DNA from: Laetmonice hystrix
Lineage: Eukaryota
Direction of reading: 5' to 3'
DNA: 64,000 bases
Assembly (NCBI GenBank): GCA_965235115.1
Contig: OZ249443.1
Coordinates: 22,692,001-22,756,000 of the forward strand
The translations under genes were made by a program, and so were the position numbers. The notes below the pieces were generated by a model. It worked only from the letters and a program-made list of their open reading frames with translations. It was not told the origin of the DNA and searched no databases. This document shows, piece by piece, positions 47,125-59,100 of the stretch (positions are counted from its first letter, which is position 1; the number at the start of each line of letters is the position of its first letter).

Positions 47125-50100
47125 AGACAGGAGACAGAGGAGAGGGGGAGAAAGAGAGAGAGACAGGAGAGAGAGAGAGGAGAGGGACAGAGAGAGAGAG
47201 AGAGGTTAAAAATATAACCTCTGAAATGATATAATTTATTCCTTCAAAGTGCCCGTTGGTATTTATAGCCTTCCTTTGATAAGCTCTATTTTGCCGACTC
47301 CCGCTGACAATGACAGCCGGAATATAAAGGTTAAGGGTCAGAGTTTAGCCGGTGTCACCGTCTGGCTTTTCTATGGCAGGCCCCACAGTGCTGCCAGCGT
47401 TTTACAGGACATACATTTCATATTTTGTTGTTGCTGTGCACCTGGGGCGTATTGTGGAGCATATTCTTTTGTTGTTGTGCACCTGGACCGTAGTTGGCCT
47501 TGCCACGTGGCAGGGAAAAGATCCGATTCTGAAGAAGTGCCGGCGGCGACCTAACCCTGTGGTTGCACCAACTCTTGCTGCAAGCCAACCGTCCCCTGTA
47601 CACTGACACTGAATCTCCTGAGTTATAATTCCAAAGAGGTCTTTCAACGCCATCTATAGACAAAACTGTAGGTNNNNNNNNNNNNNNNNNNNNNNNNNNN
47701 NNNNNNNNNNNNNNNNNNNNNNNNNNNNNNNNNNNNNNNNNNNNNNNNNNNNNNNNNNNNNNNNNNNNNNNNNNNNNNNNNNNNNNNNNNNNNNNNNNNN
47801 NNNNNNNNNNNNNNNNNNNNNNNNNNNNNNNNNNNNNNNNNNNNNNNNNNNNNNNNNNNNNNNNNNNNNNNNNNNNNNNNNNNNNNGGAGTGGATTGGAT
47901 GAGGGAAGCAGGGAATAGGTTGTAGCCAGAGGTTCACATTGCTGCAGTGTGAAGATCATGTCTGGCCGAGGGCAGAGCCACGGTAACTCGGCCCCACTGC
48001 CAGGACGCCCACCGGCAATAGGTGTCTGTTTATTGCACCTGTAATCAATGACCACCAAGTCGTCTCCCGGCCTTCCAGTGGAAAAGATGCCGCTATATCT
48101 GTGTCTGCCTCTTAAAGAGACAGGTGAACTATACCTGGGTAAACACCACCTCATGCACACTCCAAAAATAGGACAATCGTTGCCCTGATGTCAGTGAATG
48201 CAACTGTACGCCTAGTTGGTCTGAGAGTCAAAGCATAACCGAGATAAAATAATTATTACAATCTCTAATTGGGGTCGTGACTGGAGACATGTCATGTTTA
48301 CATGCATGGGCAGTCGACCGTCAGTCCTGGCATTCGCAAATTCAGCTTCAGTGGAACTCCATAAAAGGGTCTCTTTCTTGGTTATATATATACTTCCTAT
48401 CTCATTCAAACTTTACATGCCATCTTATTCACTAGCATACGGACAATTGGTTGTGCTTTTGTGTGTGTGTGTGTGGGGGGGGGGGTTCATGGGGGGAGGG
48501 CGGGGTTACATTTCTCCAGTCTCTTTAATTCTCTTCTAACTGTTCAAAAGAAGTCGCCCAAAACTAAATGAATCGTGAATAAATGCAAGTGAACGATTAT
48601 AAACGATATGAATTTAATGAATAATGCATTTGATTCATTCAGCAATTTGATTTATTAGTATTTGTACAATACCGCTTTATTTATAAATCATTTATAGATA
48701 AATGCAACACCCCCACTGCGTACTCAGAATATCTTTTTAGGGGAAACTGTTAAATGCGTGAATAAATAAGGATTTCGTATGAATAACGCATTTCCATAAT
48801 TTAGTTTCCACTGTTTTTATTTTAACTGGTTCTCACCCAGTTGCAGGGCAACACGTTTTATATTCGTAATATTCCTTGTTGAACCATAACCAGTTCTTTT
48901 ATCCAGGTATAAACACACTTTGATCACGGCGTGAACTTACGTTACCACTGACGCCCTTTTACACCTTTGCGTGTCAAGGCATAGTGCCTTTGCCATTGAA
49001 AAAAAAAAGAAAAAAGAAAGCATGCCTTTACGGAACACACCGTGTTGTGTCAAAGGAAATCTCACGGAATTGGAGCCTATGGTGTTTCTCTTTATGTTAC
49101 CCCGCCTTGCTGTGAGCAGTGTTCAGGGGGTGGGGGTGGGGTGGGGTGGGGGTGGGGGTGGTGCAGGTGTTTGCTGCGTGCCCTCTCACAGACTTGCTGA
49201 CGCTGTGTTTAGCCAATCGTCAAAGACCATCGATTGATGAACGCCCGTGCTGTCTCCGTCTCGCGAAGCCACATCCTGTGTCACTCGTTACGCGACAGAC
49301 GCCGCCGTCTAATTTCTACAAAGATGACATTTTTTGACCTTTAATTGTTGTTTTCTGAGAAGTACCTCGGCGCCTGCTAAAGGGTAATTATTGACTTCGA
49401 AAAGGAGTCAGTCCGTTTGCAACGTCTTTTGTTACTCTGGTATTGCTTGAAGATTGTTTTATTTCTTTCTTTAAGGTTCCTATCATTTCTCTTTGTTCAA
49501 TTTCCATTAGTTAAGGGATGATAACGAAGATTCTGAAATAGAAACGAGTGTGTCGGTGTGGAAGGAGTACAATTGGCCGCGAAAACCTGTTTATACCTGA
49601 ATTCCCAGGTGTATAGTGTGAATGCCTGGTTCATTCCGACTTCGCTCGATATATTATTTAAAAGGTCCACGTATGCTTTCATTTGGGGGGAGTGCGTGCG
49701 TGTGTATCAGTGGGTATAGAGGCTGGACTGCCAATACTCATCTAGAGTCTACCATAATGATGACCTCGTGCGGTTGACCAAGTCTTTTATGCTTTTACAA
49801 CAGTTCTGATTGGAAACTGCAGACAATAAGGTATACTGTGCAATATTCCATGCATGTTTTCGCCGCGAAGATGGTCTGATGTTGGCTGTTGTATGATGTT
49901 GGATTGGACGTTCCCCGTGTGTGGTGGGCGGGTGGGTATTTTCGGTTTTACGCCTTGCAACAGCCAAAATGATGAAAGTACCTTTTTCTTGGTAGAGGAA
50001 ACCGGAGTACCCGGAGGAAACCACCGGCCTTCCGGAAGGAACTCTCCGTGTGTGATGTTTGATTGGACCTTCCCTGTGTCTGATGTTTGATTGGTCCAGC

Positions 50101-53100
50101 TTAGACCAGCCAATCTGAATTAAAATCCAATCAAGATGAAGCTTTTAAAACCAAGAACTGAAGTTCTTTTTAAAACACAGACCTGGTCGAGATACGGTGT
50201 CTCTGATAAAATCTCTGAGTTATAACGGGTAGAATCTATAACAGTTTCCCATTCTCCGTATAGTCGGGAAGGAGCCCCCTGCCCCCCCCCCCCCGCCCCC
50301 CGTCGGTCCCTTCCATGTTTATTGGGTAATTACGCAGAGAAACGTCTACACTCCTGACATATTTACAGAGCATACGTCAAGACGAACGCTATCCAGCGTG
50401 ATCTTTGGCCTCTCTTGATCATCATGCCGTACCTCGCACGCCGCTGTAGGAGGTCTTTACGAGTATTGGTCTTACAATCAAAGACTTGCCGGTCGGAGAT
50501 ATACAGAGGTCGATTAAATATTTAGAGGGGGGCAAAGATGGATTGTGCCGGCTTTATTATATGGAGGGCAATGCGAGAGACGGCTATTTACCTAATGTAC
50601 TGATACTTGATGATTGTAACACCTGACCGTCTGCACTGTTTGGTCTGCACTCTTTGGTTTGCTGCGATGTGCCATCTGTTATTATGTTGTGCTGAGACGT
50701 GCCATATGCTATCTGGTGCTATGTGCTATGCTGTGCTATGTCTACAGGGAGAAATTCGATAATCGCATGTCAAGATATGGGATTTCTTTAGATGTTCCTT
50801 GTAAAAAAAATTTTTGAAGATTATAAAATCAAAAATGAGAATGTTTTCCCCCCGAAGGTTTGTTTTGATTTTTGACCTTGGACATGCTCCATCATACGGT
50901 CTGTGCTATAGATCCTATATCATGTTCTACTATTTTATGCTGTGCTTATATATTGATGCGGAATTTTACAAATTACATATCTTGGGAAGATATTAATAGG
51001 TTTCCTTTGTGTGGGGGTGGGGGGAGGTGTTGATGTTTTCTCCTTCAATGGTATAGAAATTACAGTATGAAAACGCTTTTTTTCTCCCAAAGAGTTCTAG
51101 GGTATCATTTAATGGTCAAATACTGAATTCCCATTGAAACAGTCACAGACTATACAGGCTCTGATCTCGTTACACTGTGATTGAAGTGTTTTATCCAGCT
51201 GAAGTATAACCTTCAGTAGCAGCTATAGATTATCGTCCTGGGATGTGTACTGGGCCCTACCAGGCCGCAAGAATTCTACGCTCTGCCCTCCAGAGTCTCT
51301 GGGAAGCGGGACACAGCAGTACAATCAGCAATTCCAAGTCATGGGTGAATACAAATATTTAATATCCAATTCCGACGAGAGTGGGAGGGGGAGAGGGTGA
51401 GAGTATAAAGATATTAGGGAGCACCATATTTTTTGCAGCTGTATTTATAATCACTGGGGTTTTATTGCGTGCAATAAGTACAGTTATGAGTTTATTTTTT
51501 ACTGCGATTTTTTTTATGTTGTAATGTGGGTATGTCTGTATGATGATGGGTGAGACAGACGCCACCTGGAGCCAGTGTAGTGAATTACATTGTGTCTTCT
51601 TACTGTCAGCAGCACGCAACAACACACCACCACCACCACCCCCACACACCACCACCCCCACACACCACCACCACACACCACCACCACCACGGGTATATCG
51701 CCCATGATAACTTAAACCCCACGACATTTGGTGGAAAGTATAAAGATCCATGGCCCTGACCTTATCCCTAACCCCTAACCCCAGTCCCTACACCTCCGAA
51801 AAACATATCCCTATCCTATCCCTATCCCTATCCTTGACTTTAACCCTAACCCCTGCCCAAACATTTCGTGGAAAGTTATCATGGGGGAAGAACCCCACCA
51901 GATCCCAGCTCCACCTCAACCCCTCCAGTCGTAGCGTGCATCTTCGTTCATACTTAATTAAAATGTCCGTATAATCAAAATAACGAGGTGTTAACTCAAC
52001 ATTAGCGCGTCTTGCTTTGTTCCGAGTATAATTCACTTCAAAAACTTCCCCTCTGAACGTGATTAGAGGTGAAGGGCGGCTCTGTTGCAGTCATATCAAA
52101 TATCGATATCTATCCATTTGGGAAACAGATTGGATTTCAAACGCTTGAACCGTGAAAACGTAATGCAATCCCTCTAAATATCTGTTCAATAGAAATCCTA
52201 TTCCACGCACAACTTCGCCGGCATCCGTCCAGCAAAAAGTTGTTGACATCGTTGTTAAAAAGAACTTTAGCTATTGTTATTTTCAGCTAGACTGGAGTCG
52301 TTTCGCCCGCCAACAGATAATGATGTGGGGGCTTATTCTAGTCGATACCCTTGGAACTTATGGAGTCTATAACTTTTTTTTTTAAGGTATGGTCAATTCC
52401 GAAGCCAATCTATACGCTTCAGTGCATTACGGTGCGGCCATCCGGTTGTTTGAAAATAGTGCAAATTTTTGTAGGATCCTTTCGCTATAGATCTTCGTTA
52501 GAGCACTTATGGGGCGGGGAAAGAATTAAGTTGGATGTGTTTAGGCAAGCATATGAAATAGGTATGAATTATCCAGGATGTGGCCATCATTTATTCAACT
52601 TATGCCTAGACCATCAATCATATTTTTCCAATCCTTGTGATTTATAGCTGTTTTGCAAGTTTTAGAAATTGCTATATATATTCCCAGCCTTATAGCTTAC
52701 AGAACGAAGGGCCTGTGATGGTTTGAATATATTTTATTAACATGTCGGGGGGGGGGGGGTCGGGGGGTCGACCCCCTCCCCCTACTGAGAGCCCACAAAA
52801 TTGTTTTATAGGCTGCTATTGATGCAGGCCTTCAGCGCTTCTGAAGTGGGGCGTTGACCGCCACATAATTATTATAGTATTTTAGGTACATTTACCAGGT
52901 GTTGGGAGAGTTATGTTGTTTAAAAAAGTATTTGCTTTGTCTCCAATCCATGTTAAAAATGTTACTCGTAGCGTGTTAAATGCAAAAGTGATAGGTCTAT
53001 CTGTTGTTTCACTGGTCCCGGCCTGTTATCTGTGGGTAAACAGGAGTACACTTACTATTGTCATGAGGCATTGTCACTGAGAACTTTTATCTTCACCCGC

Positions 53101-56100
53101 ACATATTGTAAGAGGACATATAGATTCAAAATGGCTTATTGTCCGAGGCCCTTAATATAGAAAGATTTTATCATTTGAGAATTTTTTTTTGGTAAGCAAC
53201 TTGCGCTGTTAACTCTATTAAACGGTTATGTGTCATTCCTTAAAGGAATCATGACACCCTGCATGGTTGAGCGTTCCGGGAAGCCAGTTCGGCCTGGTTT
53301 CACGCTTACCTTGTCAAAATCTATGCACCTTCTGTCCCGACGACACTTCCTAGGTTTAATATACATTATGTATTGTAAATAGACAGCAGCGAAATGCACT
53401 GTCACCTTCACATTCCACATTTCTTGTCGGGAACACTCAAAAACAACGCTGTTTTCCGCCATCGGGAATGTCTGACCTGTTTTTTAAATATTTAAAAGAA
53501 AATATTCACGAAATCCAATCAGGCAAGTAGGCTATGGAACATAATTACCAGACTATATAAAACAGGATTTTCGCCAATTTGTAAAATCTATATGAAATAC
53601 TTGACAATATTCCTTTAAGTACTGATCTTACTTCATTTTTTTAGAAATACAAATCTGTGATACTGACTGTCAACATTACCATTTCGCTGTGTCTCTCAGT
53701 GTTTTGAAAAATAATAATACGGAACAGGCTTATCAAGTTCACTGAGCCCTCCACCAAGTCACCAAGTGCAAAGTGAGGTAGTCAACTCGCCAAGACTAGT
53801 GTTATAAATAAAAATCTATCCAGTCTGTACGAGTGTGATGACAGGCCGGTTGAGGAGAAAGTACACGACGTGAGAGACCTGCTAAGATTGACTGGCCATG
53901 ACCTTGACAACGGCTTGTGACGTCAACACGCTGATGATGAACACGTGTCACGGGTTGGCCTTCACATAACGATAATCCGGGGTCGGCTTAGCGCTGTCCG
54001 TGGGCCGGTGGTGGTGGTGGTGGTGGCGTGTTTGTACCGGGAGATGGTGGAGGAAGGTTTCCGGGGGAGGTGACGGTCTGTCTTTGTATGGAGTGATGAC
54101 ATCCCGCCCACACGTTTACAGTGATCTGGAAAATCCTAGCAAGTCCACTTTGCCTCATTTTGAGAAAACTGGGACAAACAAACCATTCCTGGCATTGAGG
54201 TGCTGCAAACGCTAGAGTTCTGATCACTTGTATAGGACTAGACTCTATATGAAAGGGCAAAACCTATTAAGTCCAAAAATGGGACTAACTCAAATTGGAC
54301 AAAAACTCGACTGTAGACGTCGACTGATGCCAACCGATGAGGGGATGGGGTTAGGGCGAGGCTTGGGGGGGGGTGCCGTGTAAGAACTTAAAATCAAACA
54401 CTACTCCTAGCGTACCACCAAATCCTTTGGTAGACTATCCCTTAACCTCGGTCTCTTAAGATCTTGTTTCAGCTTAGGATAAGCTTAACGCTTCTGATTG
54501 GCTGGCCTGATTAGACCAACCAATCAGAAGCGTTTAACAATCTGGGTCTTGAGCTCCACAAAAATTATCCCTATCGCCATCGCTGCCGTTAACCTTATTT
54601 CGTGGGGAGTTTTACCATGAGACAATGACGGGGTAGATAGGTTAGGTGTTGATGTCAGCAGGTCAGCTTGGCTTGGTAGCCAGGTCGCGCTCATTAATTT
54701 TAGTGTTATGGTAATAAGAGTGACCTATCATGGACCTATATATTTTTATACCTGTTATATGGGGTCCTCAACTAGAGAGCGATGCTATTATACCCACGTC
54801 TTGTTGTGACAAGGCGCGCTCACATTGAGACAATGATAGAGGACTCCCTGATATAAAGAGTGTGTGTGACCCTCGAGGGCTGGTCCTCTGGTATAACTAT
54901 TCTCGTATTTAAAGGATTACCTTTTTTCAAAGTATAACGTGTGAATCTATGAAAACTCGAAATGCCAAGATAATCTCAGGGAAAACGGTCCTCGTTGCAT
55001 AGGCGACTATGAGATGAAGGGGATTTAAATTTCTAAATGTAAACAAAATAAGCGAATTATCTTTATGAAGATAGGCCTTTTGTAGGCACTGTTTTGTATA
55101 TATAGGCATTCACTAATTCGGATCGAATGGGAAGGCATCATGTTGGTTGCGTCTCTTTAAAGGGATGGGAAACACACACGGCAAATAAGGTTTCGTAGAC
55201 CAAATGAAACACCAGCATTTACCTCAGGGCAATAAATGCCACAATTACGTTGTGTGAATGAAGTAATTAACGTGTAACTGCCCGATGTGTGACGCCGCTG
55301 GTTCTGACCTTGACCTGCTTACAGTGTGTTCATCAGAGCCGAATGCTGCACACCACGGCATATTGCGTAACATTACGTGTTACTCTGCTCACAGTCCCAA
55401 CGTTTGTAAACGTCCGAGGTGATGAACACAGCGCCCTTCTCGTGACGAAATACCGGTCAATGCATACAAGAAAATGAGGGTTCGAGTTTACCTGCATAAC
55501 ATTAGCTGATTCTGCAGAATAACTTGCTTGCCGCAACTACGTTATGATATTGGGTAAAAGATTGGTCGAAGACACTGTTGTTATCAATACATAACATATA
55601 GCCCTATGTCTGCCGCTTGAAAGAAAAACATACGTTTATTATGGGAAGCCGACGTTTCTGATAGAACGTCAGTATTCCGCTATGCTTCCATTAATAGATT
55701 GCTACTCCATTTTTGTCAACTCGATTTAGAAAAATACGCTCAGCGTCAAATGACTGAATTCACCTTCGTCGCTCTTGTATGTGTACACCATAGAATTAAG
55801 AAAGATATATAACTGTCTTTAATGTACAATTCTAATATATCACTAGAATTTTGGTTATCAGTCAGTACATATGAGCGGAATGTATTGAACACCAATTGAA
55901 TATGCAACGCTATTGAGACGAATACCAGCATTCATCGATGTGAGAATTGATTACGAGTGAAAATCTAATTTGTTTGAATTCGATTTTTCAAGTTGCAATT
56001 CCAGCTGGCATATATTCCATACATCACCCGTCCATACCATATTGGTTGTAAATACACCACTTCCCGCCACGTTTTACCATTCATAATATTGCCATGTCAT

Positions 56101-59100
56101 TCATTTGACAGGAAAATGCGGTTTTTGGAGCCAACTGGGCAATTCCGGAGCAGCTTCATATACAACAATCTGATGTATGGACTCATATCGCATATAACCG
56201 AGAAACTTGCCAATGACACGTGGGAAAATATGCTTCGAACTCGGATCTTCATGTAAGTGTGCAAACATATTATATATATATATATATTACCAATCAGCTG
56301 TTGGAGGTCATTTTAACTCCAGATTTTTAAGTAAATACACATAATAAATCTAATCTGTTCGGTAACCAAAAAAGTAAGAATTATCGAAGTAAGCAAGTGT
56401 GTAATAATATGACCTGAATTACTGTTATGACAAGTAAATTTATGTGCATATATACAGGGCGTCTCAGAAAAAAAAGAAATCCTAAAATATCATCATTTTG
56501 TGAGAAAATGATACGAACTAGTTATAAGTTAACCAGTGGATCTGATAGGCCAAAACCACCTCTTTCCAATGGTGTGTCAATTTCCTAAATCGGGTCACAG
56601 TTGGCCGAATTATTATTGTTTTCCTTTTCATAACCGAAATTCAGCCTGGGAACATTTGCAAATTATTAGGTACGAAAATCAGTGCATGAGATGCAATTCA
56701 AACGGTGAAGACAAAATCCGAATGTTAGATACTCAATTTTATTCAATATTAATTTGTCTGCACCCACCATGTCAAACTAGTCAAATGATGAATAAAATTG
56801 ATTATCCAACATTGATTTCGTCTTCCCCGTTTGTTAAAATTGCATCTCATGCACTGATTTTCGTAGGTCTACCTTGGTCCCAGGCCGCAGAAATTGATAA
56901 CATTCTATAGGATTTAGTTTTTTTTCTGAGACGCCCTGTACAAGGGTTTATTCTGAAAAGGAAAAAAACATTTCTTTAAATTTATTGAAAAAGAGAGCCA
57001 AGAAAGTCTTGGATCATAAATATAAGAAGATGAATTGGTTCAGTATGTTAAAGTGCTCAGTGTATACCTTGTCTTAATTAAAAGCAACAAAATCAATAAC
57101 ATCATCATTTACAAAATCAGTCACATCATCAATTTACAAAAGCGCATGGCAAGCGCGACGCCGGCAACTTTTGAATTCCTGAAAGACAAAAGCACTGTCA
57201 TTACGCTCACGGGGCTACTTAAGGAATCGGTACCTATAGAATATCGAATAACAGTTACCGGCGCTTTAAAGTCACATGAACTAAAAGGATAATCACAAAG
57301 CGACCATTAAATGTCACAAACACACGCCTTATTTTGCGATGCGCCTCGCCCGAAACCGATACGTCGATGTAATTATTGCGCGAGGAGAAGTGTGAACGTG
57401 ACGAGGTTTCTATCGACGGACACGTGTGAACGTGGTAATTCTCGTATCGACGGACACGTATGAATGAGGTAATCCTTGTATTATTCAGCTGCACAGCGGA
57501 GTTCACATGACACGTTCAGCGATGCAAATTACGGCTTGCCGTTCTCAGAGTGGGGTGAGGGTTTCAATCAGTGACCCTGCTCGGGAATAATCCAACATGC
57601 AGTGGTTCGATCGTGTGGGTTCAGCTGGTATTGACGAGAAATGACCGCACAAGGCATGGCACGCGACATCAGCTTTCCACCTCAACCCCTTTCGGCGTCG
57701 ATTTCACTTTAAATTGAAAACCGGGCTGGAAAATTATTTTTGACGGCACAAAAACAGGGAAATCAGTTCGATTTTAAAAAACATACCTACCCTCTGGCTG
57801 AACGATGATGATGTTTTGTATGTTGGGCCATTCCCTTCGATACGTCTTTTGGAATTTACAGAACGAGTTTGATGGTTTTTCTGATTTGATTAAAAATGAA
57901 GAAAGTGATATCTTTCACAATGCTGACCTTTTTTTGTAATTTTGACATGTCTTTGACGTAAACGACTTCCTCATATTCCCAAACTCTAATAAAGTGGTTG
58001 TCATACCCACAAAAGCCTACCGGTGGCCAATTTTGAACGTATCTTATGGTTGGCCGCAGGCGACAAATACCGCTGGAATGTACAATGTACTATAAATATG
58101 AGGATATCATATATTATTCTGTATCAACATGAAATATAGTATATACAGCCATCGTACCCGTTAATACTTGTACATCGGGTGGGCTAAAAAATACTGGAAT
58201 ACTCTTTTCTTGTCTAGGCCTAGTCAAGAAAAGTGTGTTCCAGTTTTTTTTGGCCCACCCGATACATAATGTAGGTAAATCACGCGAGATGTTAACGCTA
58301 TCGCGATTATTGAGGGGTCAAAGGTCAACACCTCATATTGACCTAGCTATCACAGGCATCTCTTAGTACCACACACAGGCTCTCACCTATGTTTATTTAT
58401 TAGCCCTTGACATCAACATCAACTGATTTTTTAATTGAGTCTCTATTGTGTTTTCTTTTCAACCTAGGCCTTTGGGCATGACCGACACATCGTTTAGTCA
58501 TGAGGTAGCATACAACATGAGCAACTTGGCAACGTCCTACCTGCCTTACAACTACACCTGTCGGCCAGTGTCAGGAAGGTTGCATAGGTAGGAATACGTC
58601 TTGGTGTCAGTGGAAGGGAGCAGTAGGCCAAGCACTGATCTGTTAAAATTACCTTTGAAAATATAACATGTAGATTTGGAACCATAGAACACCCGCCAAT
58701 GGGACGTATTACAATGTATTTATGTTTGTATAAATATTGAAGAATTTCATATGATATTCAAGCATATAGTGTGATTAAAGAGGCACCTGAAGTTTTTCTA
58801 AACAATCTGAAGCACCAATTCGGACCGAATATGAAATAGAAGGAATGCGCGAAGTCGCGTCGCATCGCGTCGCTGTCCGGTCGCGGGCTAGTGTGCGATG
58901 ACCTTAACTTTGATGGTAACACTTCCTACCACACATGATGTTATATTATACATACAATCCCTCAGATTTTACCCCTATTTTCCTCCAGTTTGTGGGGCGC
59001 GCTCGGAGGCTCAGGGTCCATTCTCACGACGTCTGACGACATAGCACAATGGCTCCAGGTACAGCTGAACGACGGACGGGACCAAGACGGTAACGTCATC

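Noticed and set aside
48212-48409. SSTEAEF resembling the Copia RNase H motif SSTEAEY
   Set aside because: The surrounding residues do not match (no WxSKKQ upstream, no downstream DN motif); probably chance.
51750-51860. True interstitial telomere or fusion scar
   Set aside because: Too short and degenerate, and enclosed by inverted arms typical of a mobile element.
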